A stretch of 64,000 bases of DNA. Source: a virus. Taxonomy: Duplodnaviria > Heunggongvirae > Uroviricota > Caudoviricetes. The DNA lies in the IMG/VR virus record IMGVR_UViG_2531839524_000004; one strand, written 5' to 3'. Positions 1 to 8,965 of the stretch are shown piece after piece; within the stretch, counting starts at the first letter, position 1, and each line of letters begins with the position of its first letter. Below the pieces are notes generated by a model. That model did no database searches. It was not told the origin of the DNA and saw nothing but the letters and a program-made list of their open reading frames with translations. A program made the translations under genes and the position numbers.

Positions 1-310
1 CCTCTGTTATTACAGTGATGACGGTCTGGCGGAGGCGGATAATAATGCTGCGGAAAGAGCGCTTCGTGCAGTCTGTCTCGGAAAGAAAAACTTTATGTTC
101 TTTGGCAGCGATCACGGCGGCGAGCGTGGAGCACTGTTGTACGGGCTGATCGGCACCTGCCGTCTGAACGGTATCGATCCGGAAGCGTATCTGCGCCATA
201 TCCTGAGCGTACTGCCGGAATGGCCTTCCAACCGAGTTGATGAACTCCAGCCATGGAACGTAGTACTCACCAATAAATAAGCGTCAATACGGTGCTCCGT
301 TGACGCTTAC
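1..310 (+). mobile_element. IS66-family insertion sequence, 3' end (element continues upstream of window)
   Basis: Window opens inside a transposase ORF with an IS66 TnpC-like C-terminus; its stop (278-280) is followed by an inverted-repeat hairpin (281-310) consistent with an IS terminus. Confidence 0.7.
2..280 (+). CDS. IS66-family transposase, C-terminal fragment (5' end outside window)
   Basis: Frame open from position 2; translation ...AERALRAVCLGKKNFMFFGSDHGGERGALLYGLIGTCRLNGIDPEAYLRHILSVLPEWP... resembles the conserved IS66 transposase C-terminus (from memory, not searched). Confidence 0.85.
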   Translation, partial: LCYYSDDGLAEADNNAAERALRAVCLGKKNFMFFGSDHGGERGALLYGLIGTCRLNGIDPEAYLRHILSVLPEWPSNRVDELQPWNVVLTNK

Positions 311-568
311 GATAAGTCCAGCCTAATCTACGAAGTTAATGTAGGCGGTAATACATGGGTCGAATGCACAAGAGCTGCATACGTAAGAGCAAAAGACAAG
401 GGTGAATTAACCAGAGTTGTTACCCATCACCCAAATAATGAGCTTAAAGATCACCAGATTAGAGAACTGGTGAACGAGTTGCGGGATATTGCGGTTCAGT
501 ACCACGGAGCGCAGCAATTGCGGGAGAAGATTGCCAGAGCAGTGAACAACTCAGTCCGTAAAAAATAA
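311..568 (+). pseudogene. start-less 3' remnant of a gene apparently interrupted by the IS
   Basis: Same frame stays open from the IS boundary to TAA 566-568 (…YEVNVGGNTWVECTRAAY…QLREKIARAVNNSVRKK) with no start codon; product not recognised. Confidence 0.3.
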
Positions 569-586
569 GCAATAGTACGATAAAGA

Positions 587-611
587 GGCCCCATGCTCTT
601 GATGGGGCCTG
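587..611. terminator. GC-rich hairpin between convergent small ORFs
   Basis: aggccccat-gctcttg-atggggcct, 9-bp stem; lies just 3' of both the + strand remnant and the - strand small peptide ORF. Confidence 0.4.
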
Positions 612-623
612 TAGCAACTAGCG

Positions 624-707
624 TTATGGACGCTGGTTTACGTACTCAATGATCGCTTTGATAATCGCGAACATCGGCGGCACGATTTTGAACAGTAAGT
701 TAACCAT
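624..707 (-). CDS. small hydrophobic peptide, 27 aa (type I toxin-like)
   Basis: Own translation of the minus strand: MVNLLFKIVPPMFAIIKAIIEYVNQRP; GAGG Shine-Dalgarno about 9 nt upstream; below the 60-aa cut-off of the ORF track. Confidence 0.3.
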   Translation of the reverse strand: MVNLLFKIVPPMFAIIKAIIEYVNQRP

Positions 708-949
708 AACAGGCCTCACTTAGTGTTATCGCGCCTAGCTGCAAATACCTTTGGGCTTGCCTTTGCAGTTGCAATATCTGTAGTCGCCAGATACTTACGG
801 CACGATTTCGAGTTAAGGTAAGGTTTTAGAGTCACCAAAAACCTGGACTTAAATCTTCTTTGAGAACAACGATGTTTAGTAAATGGTCATTATTACCTGG
901 TATGACCACTCAACGTTTCTTGATGAATCCAGTACATTCGGTTAATCTT

Positions 950-1038
950 AATTCAGTCGCCAGATACTTATGGCTCAGGAACAGAGCCGCAAACTCTGTT
1001 TCCTTTTAAAAAGCCCAGCCTAGTCAACTGGGCTTTTT
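950..1038 (+). ncRNA. candidate small RNA ending in an intrinsic terminator (antitoxin-like); 5' end not defined
   Basis: Hairpin agcccag-cctagtcaa-ctgggct (1013-1035) followed by TTTTT; region contains a 19-nt repeat (955-973) nearly identical to 782-800, which would lie in the 5' UTR of the divergent small-peptide mRNA. Confidence 0.25.
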
Positions 1039-1333
1039 AATGTCTATTTTTAACCCAACATACCCTCAATACTGCAACATCAGTGTCTTGCGAATTAAGA
1101 TAGTGTGAATAGATTTTTCATGCAAGTGCATAAGCCTGTGGATAACTCAGGAAGGAAAAAGTGACTTCTGCGCACTTTAGACCGGACAAGGCGTTCGAAA
1201 AAGTCAATGGGAAGAAAAAATTTGTTAAAAATAACGTTTGTTTGAATTGTATATATTTATGCCTTTCAATAGTTAGCATCTTATTAACATCTTTTTTAAG
1301 AGATAGAGTTCAAAAATATATAGCTTCAATATA

Positions 1334-1353
1334 TACTGTATGTGTATACAGTA
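1334..1353. promoter_or_regulatory. LexA (SOS) box
   Basis: TACTGTATGTGTATACAGTA fits the CTGT-N8-ACAG LexA consensus; sits in an AT-rich promoter 16 bp upstream of the UmuD'-like start. Confidence 0.7.
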
Positions 1354-1369
1354 TTAAGAGGCGAGTATT

Positions 1370-1759
1370 ATGGGCTTCCCTTCTCCTGCGGCGGATTATG
1401 TTGAGAGCCGTATTTCTCTTGATCAGCAGATAATTAGACATCCTTCAGCGACCTACTTCATGAGGGCAGCTGATAGTCATCATCGTGAGGGAATATTACA
1501 GGGGGCATTGCTGGTGGTCGATTCCTCACTTACCCCGGTTGATGGTTCTCTGCTTGTATGCGCTCTGGATGGGGAATATCGCGTAAAAAGATACCGGAAG
1601 TACCCACGTCAGCATCTGGAGGATTTAAGAACCGGTAAGAAGGAAGCATTGCCAAAGGATGACGATGGATGCACGGGCAGCAATGCCGTGTTTGGTGTGA
1701 TCACTCACATTATCAACGACGCAAGAAGTGGCGAGTTTGATGATTGTCCCGTGATGTAG
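1370..1759 (+). CDS. UmuD'-like S24 (LexA-type) peptidase-family protein
   Basis: MGFPSPAADYVE...HPSATYF...VFGVITHII resembles UmuD; the ORF begins at the position equivalent to the first residue of processed UmuD' (in-frame stop 4 codons upstream); AAGAGG RBS. Confidence 0.8.
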   Translation: MGFPSPAADYVESRISLDQQIIRHPSATYFMRAADSHHREGILQGALLVVDSSLTPVDGSLLVCALDGEYRVKRYRKYPRQHLEDLRTGKKEALPKDDDGCTGSNAVFGVITHIINDARSGEFDDCPVM

Positions 1760-1771
1760 GAGAACTGATTA

Positions 1772-1795
1772 GGCGGTGCAATGCACCGCCTTTTT
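1772..1795. terminator. intrinsic terminator between the UmuD'-like gene and apbC
   Basis: ggcggtgc-aat-gcaccgcc hairpin followed by TTTTT on the + strand. Confidence 0.6.
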
Positions 1796-1796
1796 A

Positions 1797-2897
1797 TCAC
1801 ACTGCGCGGAATGCGATTTCGCCAGGTATTACTTCACCTTGCCAATACATTTGGGCAGCAACGCGATCTGCGAGGTCACGATAAATAGCTGTAAATTCGC
1901 TATCTGGACGACTAATAACGGTTGGTGTTCCGTTATCCAGATCTTCACGAAGAGAGATATGAAGTGGCATTTGGCCTAACAACTGCGTGTTGTATTTCTC
2001 GGCCAGTTTCTGTGCGCCACCGGTGCCAAAAATTGGCTCGTGATGACCGCAGTTACTGCAAATATGCACACTCATGTTTTCAACGATACCCAGTACCGGC
2101 ACTTCGACTTTTTCGAACATCACAATGCCTTTCTTCGCATCGATCAGCGCGATGTCTTGCGGCGTAGTTACCACAACAGCACCAGTTACAGGAATGTTCT
2201 GCGCCAGCGTCAACTGAATATCACCAGTGCCCGGCGGCATATCGAGAACAAGATAGTCCAGATCAGGCCACAATGTTTCCTGCAACATCTGCATCAGCGC
2301 CTTGCTGGCCATCGGTCCACGCCACACCATTGCATTGTCGTCGGTGACCAGATAACCAATAGAGTTGGTTGCCAGGCCATGAGACATGATAGGTGCCATG
2401 TGAGTACCGTCAGGTGAGGTTGGACGTTGGTTTTCCGCGCCCAGCATGGTTGGAATTGATGGACCATAGATATCGGCATCCAAAATACCAACTTTCGCAC
2501 CTTCAGCAGCCAACGCCAGTGCCAGGTTTACCGCCGTGGAGGATTTACCCACGCCGCCCTTGCCTGAGCTGACGGCGATAATGTTCTTAACGCCATTAAT
2601 GCCTGGTTGGTTTTTGACACGCTTAAGCGTGGCAATGTTGTACGACAGCTTCCAGTCAATAGCCTTTGCGCCAGTGATACGGAGCAGATCACCACTACAT
2701 TGCTCTTTCAGGTCTTCAAAAGGCTTATTCCACACGAAAGGCATGATTAGTTCGACATGCAGTGTGTCATCCATCAACGCAACATGGTGTAACGCTTTAA
2801 GCGTAGTCAGGTTGTGTTTCAGGGTTGGGTGCTGAAAATTAGCCAGCGTACCGGCTACCATTGCTCTCAGGGCATCCGGCGATTTGGACTCGCTCAT
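1797..2897 (-). CDS. apbC: Fe-S cluster carrier ATPase ApbC/Mrp
   Basis: 366-aa ORF with P-loop SGKGGVGKS and C-terminal CSNCGHH motif; near-identical to my recollection of E. coli Mrp; divergent from metG as in E. coli. Confidence 0.95.
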   Translation of the reverse strand: MSESKSPDALRAMVAGTLANFQHPTLKHNLTTLKALHHVALMDDTLHVELIMPFVWNKPFEDLKEQCSGDLLRITGAKAIDWKLSYNIATLKRVKNQPGINGVKNIIAVSSGKGGVGKSSTAVNLALALAAEGAKVGILDADIYGPSIPTMLGAENQRPTSPDGTHMAPIMSHGLATNSIGYLVTDDNAMVWRGPMASKALMQMLQETLWPDLDYLVLDMPPGTGDIQLTLAQNIPVTGAVVVTTPQDIALIDAKKGIVMFEKVEVPVLGIVENMSVHICSNCGHHEPIFGTGGAQKLAEKYNTQLLGQMPLHISLREDLDNGTPTVISRPDSEFTAIYRDLADRVAAQMYWQGEVIPGEIAFRAV

Positions 2898-3054
2898 CCC
2901 GTCTCCTTTATTTTAATTTGCGCAATTGTCGCCTTGTAGTGTACTCCAGCTACGACATTTAATCATTTATGAGAAATGCTGTTATCACATGGCAGACATA
3001 AGGCCATTTTGTTACTATCAAGCCCCTTTTCACTACAAAGAAGTAATGCCTACT

Positions 3055-5088
3055 ATGACCCAAGTCGCGAAGAAAATTCTGGTGACGTGCGCGCTGCCGT
3101 ACGCTAACGGCTCAATCCACCTCGGCCATATGCTGGAGCACATCCAGGCTGATGTCTGGGTTCGTTACCAGCGAATGCGCGGCCACGAGGTTAATTTCAT
3201 CTGTGCCGACGATGCCCACGGTACGCCAATCATGCTGAAAGCACAGCAGCTTGGTATCACACCGGAACAGATGATTGGCGAAATGAGTCAGGAACATCAG
3301 ACTGATTTCGCAGGCTTTAACATCAGCTATGACAACTATCACTCGACGCACAGCGAAGAGAACCGTCAGTTGTCCGAGCTTATCTACACTCGCCTGAAAG
3401 AGAACGGTTTTATTAAAAACCGCACCATCTCTCAGCTGTACGATCCGGAAAAAGGCATGTTCCTGCCGGACCGTTTTGTGAAAGGCACCTGCCCGAAATG
3501 TAAAGCACCGGATCAATACGGCGATAACTGTGAAGTCTGCGGCGCTACTTACAGCCCGACTGAACTGATCGAGCCGAAATCGGTAGTTTCTGGTGCTACG
3601 CCGGTAATGCGTGATTCCGAACACTTCTTCTTTGATCTGCCTTCTTTCAGCGAAATGTTGCAGGCATGGACCCGCAGCGGTGCGTTGCAGGAGCAGGTGG
3701 CAAACAAAATGCAGGAGTGGTTTGAATCTGGCCTGCAACAGTGGGATATCTCCCGCGATGCGCCGTACTTCGGTTTTGAAATTCCGAACGCACCGGGCAA
3801 ATATTTCTACGTCTGGCTGGACGCGCCGATTGGCTACATGGGTTCCTTCAAGAATCTGTGCGACAAACGCGGCGACACTACCAGCTTCGACGAATACTGG
3901 AAGAAAGACTCCACCGCCGAGCTGTACCACTTCATCGGTAAAGATATCGTTTACTTCCACAGCCTGTTCTGGCCTGCCATGCTGGAAGGCAGCAATTTCC
4001 GCAAGCCGACCAACCTGTTTGTTCATGGCTATGTGACGGTGAACGGTGCGAAGATGTCCAAGTCTCGCGGCACCTTTATTAAAGCCAGCACCTGGCTGAA
4101 TCATTTTGACGCTGACAGCCTGCGTTACTACTACACTGCGAAACTCTCTTCGCGCATTGATGATATCGATCTCAACCTGGAGGATTTCGTTCAGCGCGTG
4201 AATGCCGATATCGTGAACAAAGTGGTTAACCTGGCCTCCCGTAATGCAGGCTTTATCAACAAGCGTTTTGACGGCGTGCTGGCAAGCGAACTGGCTGACC
4301 CGCAACTGTACAAAACCTTTACTGATGCTGCTGAAGTGATTGGTGAAGCATGGGAAAGCCGCGAATTTGGTAAAGCGATTCGTGAAATCATGGCGCTGGC
4401 TGATCTGGCTAACCGCTATGTCGATGAACAGGCTCCGTGGGTGGTGGCGAAGCAGGAAGGGCGCGATGCCGATCTGCAGGCGATTTGCTCTATGGGCATT
4501 AACCTGTTCCGCGTGCTGATGACGTACCTGAAACCGGTACTGCCGAAACTGACTGAACGTGCAGAAGCATTCCTGAATACAGAACTGACCTGGGATGGTA
4601 TCCAGCAACCGCTGCTGGGCCATAAAGTGAATCCGTTCAAGGCACTGTATAACCGCATCGACATGAAGCAGGTTGAAGCACTGGTGGAAGCATCCAAAGA
4701 GGAAGTAAAAGCCGCTGCCGCGCCAGTAACTGGCCCACTGGCAGATGATCCGATTCAGGAAACCATCACCTTTGACGACTTCGCCAAAGTTGACCTGCGC
4801 GTGGCTCTGATTGAAAACGCGGAGTTTGTCGAAGGTTCTGACAAACTGCTTCGCCTGACGCTGGATCTCGGTGGCGAAAAACGTAATGTCTTCTCCGGCA
4901 TTCGTTCCGCTTATCCAGATCCACAGGCACTGATTGGTCGTCACACCATTATGGTGGCCAACCTGGCTCCGCGTAAAATGCGCTTCGGTATCTCCGAAGG
5001 CATGGTGATGGCTGCTGGCCCCGGCGGGAAAGATATCTTCCTGTTAAGCCCGGATGCTGGTGCTAAACCAGGCCACCAGGTTAAGTAA
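3055..5088 (+). CDS. metG: methionine--tRNA ligase
   Basis: Class I aaRS motifs ([16 protein letters not shown]) and Zn knuckle CPKC...CEVC; start taken at MTQVAKKIL (3055) rather than the upstream in-frame ATG at 2926. Confidence 0.95.
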   Translation: MTQVAKKILVTCALPYANGSIHLGHMLEHIQADVWVRYQRMRGHEVNFICADDAHGTPIMLKAQQLGITPEQMIGEMSQEHQTDFAGFNISYDNYHSTHSEENRQLSELIYTRLKENGFIKNRTISQLYDPEKGMFLPDRFVKGTCPKCKAPDQYGDNCEVCGATYSPTELIEPKSVVSGATPVMRDSEHFFFDLPSFSEMLQAWTRSGALQEQVANKMQEWFESGLQQWDISRDAPYFGFEIPNAPGKYFYVWLDAPIGYMGSFKNLCDKRGDTTSFDEYWKKDSTAELYHFIGKDIVYFHSLFWPAMLEGSNFRKPTNLFVHGYVTVNGAKMSKSRGTFIKASTWLNHFDADSLRYYYTAKLSSRIDDIDLNLEDFVQRVNADIVNKVVNLASRNAGFINKRFDGVLASELADPQLYKTFTDAAEVIGEAWESREFGKAIREIMALADLANRYVDEQAPWVVAKQEGRDADLQAICSMGINLFRVLMTYLKPVLPKLTERAEAFLNTELTWDGIQQPLLGHKVNPFKALYNRIDMKQVEALVEASKEEVKAAAAPVTGPLADDPIQETITFDDFAKVDLRVALIENAEFVEGSDKLLRLTLDLGGEKRNVFSGIRSAYPDPQALIGRHTIMVANLAPRKMRFGISEGMVMAAGPGGKDIFLLSPDAGAKPGHQVK

Positions 5089-5108
5089 TTAAGCAACCAT
5101 TCTTCACA

Positions 5109-5136
5109 ATGCCCGGCAATACGCTGGGCATTTTCA
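5109..5136 (+). terminator. metG terminator
   Basis: atgcccggc...gctgggcat hairpin followed by TTTTC, about 20 bp after the metG stop. Confidence 0.5.
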
Positions 5137-5171
5137 TTTAGACACAATCCCTTCTGATTTACACATACCCT

Positions 5172-5186
5172 AAAACAATTTGTTTT
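5172..5186. promoter_or_regulatory. operator-like palindrome AAAACAA-T-TTGTTTT
   Basis: First copy of the recurrent motif; about 65 bp upstream of the first prophage gene (5250). Confidence 0.5.
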
Positions 5187-5221
5187 CTGCCTTTTGTTGA
5201 TTGAGATAATAAACCACATAA

Positions 5222-5237
5222 GAAAACAACTTGTTTT
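5222..5237. promoter_or_regulatory. operator-like palindrome GAAAACAA-C-TTGTTTT
   Basis: Second tandem copy, 13 bp upstream of ATG 5250. Confidence 0.5.
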
Positions 5238-5249
5238 GGAGTGGTTTAA

Positions 5250-5549
5250 ATGTTGAACATTACCCAAGCCTACCAGGTGGCATTGATCAGCTCATCTCAT
5301 ACATCAGAGGAAGATGCTCGCCGATTCATGATCGCAAGCAATGAGCTGGATTGGGTTTCACAAATTGAGTACGGTTGCATTGTCCACGCCGGGTTACAGG
5401 ACGATGACTGGAAAGATGAGTTGCGTCGATATGGTATATCCGAGGGCGCGATTGCGAACATTCAGAAAGTACTTGATGTAGGCTTTGACTCTGTACATTT
5501 TGATTGTGGCGCACCGGTCGTTGAAGGGCTTGAGTGCTGGCAATGGTAA
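5250..5549 (+). CDS. hypothetical protein (first gene of the prophage early region)
   Basis: ORF track, 99 aa, acidic; preceded by two operator-like palindromes. Confidence 0.5.
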   Translation: MLNITQAYQVALISSSHTSEEDARRFMIASNELDWVSQIEYGCIVHAGLQDDDWKDELRRYGISEGAIANIQKVLDVGFDSVHFDCGAPVVEGLECWQW

Positions 5550-5585
5550 TCCGGCAATCGCTTCATACTAGATAACGGAGAATTT

Positions 5586-5771
5586 ATGCTTAAAGAAGAC
5601 TCATATCTACTAAAGGCGCTTGAAATGCGTGGCGTTGAACCTACAGTGAAAAACGCCCACGATATCTACCTTCAGTTTTCACCGGAGCTGAAACGGCTCA
5701 TAAATCAATACGGGGTTAATGACTCAAGTGTTAAAGCGATGATAGATGATGAATTAGACCATCTCATCTAA
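5586..5771 (+). CDS. hypothetical small protein
   Basis: ORF track, 61 aa; GGAG RBS 7 nt upstream. Confidence 0.4.
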   Translation: MLKEDSYLLKALEMRGVEPTVKNAHDIYLQFSPELKRLINQYGVNDSSVKAMIDDELDHLI

Positions 5772-5923
5772 TCGTTATCCTATGATAATGGTTTCACTTT
5801 GAGATTGTTATTTTTCATAGCCAAAGCTGATGTTTGTGGAAGGTGGATTGATAAACGGATGCGTATTTAGGTTATACAAGTGAGAAAATTGATAATATAT
5901 AAACGCGATTTTTATGTGATGGA

Positions 5924-6493
5924 ATGGATGTGATGGAAACCCAGAACCAACAAACAAAACCTCTGAATAACATTTATGCGTGGATTCTAGCGTTCATGCC
6001 TTTCTTCTTTGGAGTATTGCCGGAAGAGTATACCAATTACGCTATTATAATTGGGGGTGTAACTACCATCGGTTTGTTAGTAGCTGACAGAATGGCTCTA
6101 TCGGAGTCTGGCTGTGAACCACCTTCAATTCTATGGGGGGTATTCCTCCTGCCTGTCTATCTCTGGAAGCGCGCGACTATTACAAAAGGCAGCAGAGTGC
6201 CATTTATCATAATCGTTGCGTCGCTGGCTTGGATTATCTTCATCGGCATCCCACACAAGGACGAGGTTGCTCTTGAAGAAGCAGCCTGCCCTCTCGTGAC
6301 AACTATTCTGAAAGAGAATAACGGTTCGACTGCACCAAAATGTATGAAGGTGACAATAGAGGACAAGGTGACGGATAAGTTCTATAGAGCAACGGCTACA
6401 CTAGACAATGGTAATGACATTAACATTACTCTGGAACTTACCGGTGACAGGAACTTCTACGTCCGTGTTCCAAATGTTTATCTGAACAACTAA
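5924..6493 (+). CDS. hypothetical integral membrane protein
   Basis: ORF track, 189 aa; three to four hydrophobic segments followed by a soluble C-terminal domain. Confidence 0.5.
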   Translation: MDVMETQNQQTKPLNNIYAWILAFMPFFFGVLPEEYTNYAIIIGGVTTIGLLVADRMALSESGCEPPSILWGVFLLPVYLWKRATITKGSRVPFIIIVASLAWIIFIGIPHKDEVALEEAACPLVTTILKENNGSTAPKCMKVTIEDKVTDKFYRATATLDNGNDINITLELTGDRNFYVRVPNVYLNN

Positions 6494-6599
6494 CGGTTGC
6501 AACTTATTGATAATGGCGGTCACAATTTGATTCTTTTCTATAAGAATCCGTTGATCGCCACTACTCTCCTTCCATACCCGCAATCACATCCTTAAATAT

Positions 6600-7457
6600 C
6601 AATAAGTTATAGTTGTTTATACAATCAAGAAAACAACTGAATAACAGATCAACGAAACATCAACGCTTTCACCCGATTTGGTCTAAAAAATTGACGTTTT
6701 CACACATCACTGCTTATACCCGTAACTCTACGCAGCAGACAGCGCCACAGAGTCCAATTTTCACCACAGACGACTCAACACACTACCAACAAAAACACAC
6801 GCTCAAAATCGCTCCCGTTGCGTTACACAACCATATAAACAACATATTTTCAGGTATAACAAAACAACTAAATAACACATATGCCATTACCCAAAACAAC
6901 CAACCTCTTTATGGCAGGCTACCGAAAAGACCCACCTCTTCTCCCCAGGCTACCGGACAACCAACCTAACTTTCACAGGCAATCCGAAAACATTCATACG
7001 CGCGATACCCACGACACGCCATTACCCAAACAGCGAAGAAACACCTGAACCGCTGAAACCCCAACGAAGCCTGTAACCGCAAGGTTTCTCTCAATCCCAA
7101 AAGACACGAAACATAACAATCACGGGAAACGCCATTACCCAATACACGAATAACTACAAAAGCCTTTCACACACTCCAGACAAACAACTCAAACACAACA
7201 ACGAAAGGAATCGCCCACCTGCCATTACTCCATACACGGAGAAGAACAATCACCAAAACGACGAGAACACCCCATAGAAGAACCACCGCAAAACGAACGA
7301 AACCACATACACCGACAGAGAAAACAACACACCCAATTCACCAACAGAAATAGTCGCCGTATAGGACATTCTGGAAGGAGTGAGCATTAACGCCTATAGA
7401 GAGGTTGAGACAGATAAAACACAACATGTATAGCGAAGAAGCCAGGTATGTATAAGT
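6600..7457 (+). repeat. A+C-rich, G-poor non-coding region with four GCCATTAC(C/T)C-initiated repeat units
   Basis: Units begin at 6883, 7018, 7131 and 7221; the only ORF (6613-6969) translates to low-complexity T/Q/N/P/H sequence; strong strand asymmetry visible by eye. Confidence 0.6.
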
Positions 7458-7480
7458 GGGGAGGGAAGGAGGGGTGTCGC
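7458..7480 (+). terminator. intrinsic terminator closing the A+C-rich region
   Basis: ggagg-ggtgtcg-cctcc followed by TTTTT. Confidence 0.55.
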
Positions 7481-7553
7481 CTCCTTTTTCGTATTTATTC
7501 AACTCCTGATTTTATCCCCCCGTAACACCCCTACGGTCAGCCTTCGGTCCATA

Positions 7554-7696
7554 CAGGGAAAAGGCTGCATCCCGCTACAGAAACGGCTGGGTTGCCTTCG
7601 GGGAACGGCTGGAGGTTTTCAGGGAAACGGTCGAGTTGCCTGTGTGGATTTCGGGAAAAGGCTCGATGCCGGTTCAGGAACGGTGGCGTACCGGTA
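7554..7696. repeat. tandem array of about six degenerate 20-25 bp direct repeats (core GGGAAA(A/C)GGCT)
   Basis: cagggaaaaggctgcatcc / cagaaacggctgggttgcc / ggggaacggctggagg / agggaaacggtcgagttgcc / cgggaaaaggctcgatgcc / caggaacggtggcgtacc. Confidence 0.6.
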
Positions 7697-8017
7697 TAGC
7701 GAGAGGGAGAGTTGCGGCTACCCACCTGTAATGTGCGGGAAGAAGAGAGGCGCTCACGTAGGCGGACTTGCTTACCGCTGGATTCCCTCTGAATGCCCAG
7801 CTACAGCGTAATTGTGCCAGACAGCCAACGGGTCACAATCGATTTCAGTAGGTTTTTGGGGAGAGGATTACTCTGCCACCAGCCACTTTCGGCCACTAAA
7901 TCAGAATAATGTAAAAAGTGTACTCGGTACTGAACCTGAAAACTCACTGCCAAAACCACATTCACCGGAATAAAATCCTTTTTCGCCTGTGCGTTATTGC
8001 GATAATAACACCATCAA

Positions 8018-8032
8018 GAAAACATGTTGTTT
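8018..8032. promoter_or_regulatory. operator-like palindrome (variant GAAAACA-TG-TTGTTT)
   Basis: Immediately upstream of the RBS of gene 8045. Confidence 0.45.
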
Positions 8033-8044
8033 AAGGATTGCTTT

Positions 8045-8374
8045 ATGTTTACAAATATCGACATCAACCAAATCAAGAAATTAACTCAAAAAGAGTTTGA
8101 TCAGTTTTATGAGTTAGAAGGTTGGTCTTCCACTCTGATCAATTCAAGATGGGTGCTGGAACTGATGACTCGTGATGACGCACCTGCTTTGATGATCAGC
8201 GACCTGGGTGAAGATGCTGACTTTATGGATATGAGCGAATTTTGTGTGGACACATACAACCGCAGCCAGAAGTACTACTTCACATGCGATAGCGAAAATG
8301 ACGTGATTTCTAAGGTCTATCTTCACCTCGTCCAGCATTGGAACGTTCAGGAGTTTCTTGAAGTATTCGAGTAA
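8045..8374 (+). CDS. hypothetical acidic protein
   Basis: ORF track (8024-8374); start moved to MFTNIDI because ATG 8024 lies inside the operator motif and AAGGA RBS precedes 8045. Confidence 0.5.
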   Translation: MFTNIDINQIKKLTQKEFDQFYELEGWSSTLINSRWVLELMTRDDAPALMISDLGEDADFMDMSEFCVDTYNRSQKYYFTCDSENDVISKVYLHLVQHWNVQEFLEVFE

Positions 8375-8383
8375 CCCCAACCA

Positions 8384-8410
8384 AAGCCAGCATTGCTGGC
8401 TTAATTTCTC
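8384..8410 (+). terminator. hairpin after gene 8045-8374
   Basis: aagccagc-att-gctggctt followed by AATTTCTC (weak U-tract). Confidence 0.4.
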
Positions 8411-8501
8411 TATAGCCGCAGGGAAGAACCTGCATATAGCTCATGCACCTGATCAATATGCTTTGTAGCCGTTTTCTTACTGGTATTATTTACGCCATTG
8501 A

Positions 8502-8516
8502 GAAAACAAGTTGTTT
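8502..8516. promoter_or_regulatory. operator-like palindrome GAAAACAA-G-TTGTTT
   Basis: Abuts the RBS of gene 8528. Confidence 0.5.
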
Positions 8517-8527
8517 ACGGAGTTGTG

Positions 8528-8839
8528 ATGAAAAAATCATTGGTTCTTGGTCTGGACAAAGACCAGAAGAGAAAAGAGAAGCCTGCGCTGGTTGCTCAAT
8601 TAACTTTGCTGGACATCGTTGCCAATGGGACCTCTATTCGTCTGTTCCGTGAAACAGCGGTGTCTTTCGATAAAAACACCTTTACTCGTTATGTAATGAA
8701 TGTTCGTCGCCAGCGTGGAAAAGGCTGGGTGGCATTTCAAAGAATGTGGCCGGAACATCAGCTCGAACTTGCTTTGATGGAAGTTAACCGCGTGGCCCAG
8801 CAAGAGATTCAGAGAGCATCAGTGATGGCAATAGCCTGA
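8528..8839 (+). CDS. hypothetical basic protein
   Basis: ORF track (8498-8839); start moved to MKKSLVLG after RBS ACGGAG; lysine/arginine-rich. Confidence 0.5.
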   Translation: MKKSLVLGLDKDQKRKEKPALVAQLTLLDIVANGTSIRLFRETAVSFDKNTFTRYVMNVRRQRGKGWVAFQRMWPEHQLELALMEVNRVAQQEIQRASVMAIA

Positions 8840-8873
8840 TAATGTGCAAGTGGTAATTAGTCGACCGTACGAC

Positions 8874-8902
8874 AGCCCCGCCATCCTTACGGGGCTTTTT
8901 TG
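8874..8902 (+). terminator. intrinsic terminator
   Basis: agccccg-ccatccttac-ggggct followed by TTTTTT. Confidence 0.6.
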
Positions 8903-8965
8903 TATTGTAAGTACATACTTACGATCATAGAATAGAAAAATAACCAATACACTACGGAGAGTGAA

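Noticed and set aside
2926-3054. N-terminal extension of metG from the ORF-track start
   Set aside because: The conserved MetG N-terminus begins at MTQVAKKIL (3055); the upstream ATG would add about 43 residues with no similarity to MetG.
3112-4944. 610-aa ORF on the minus strand
   Set aside because: Lies entirely antisense within metG, which has clear class I aaRS motifs in the + frame; treated as a spurious antisense ORF.
6613-6969. 118-aa ORF inside the A+C-rich region
   Set aside because: Translation is low-complexity (T/Q/N/P/H-rich), has no RBS, and its open frame is explained by the G-poor composition; treated as non-coding.
7554-7696. Possible CRISPR array (tandem direct repeats)
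   Set aside because: Repeat units are degenerate and of variable length, there are no uniform spacers of distinct sequence, and no cas genes are present; iteron- or centromere-like repeats fit better.
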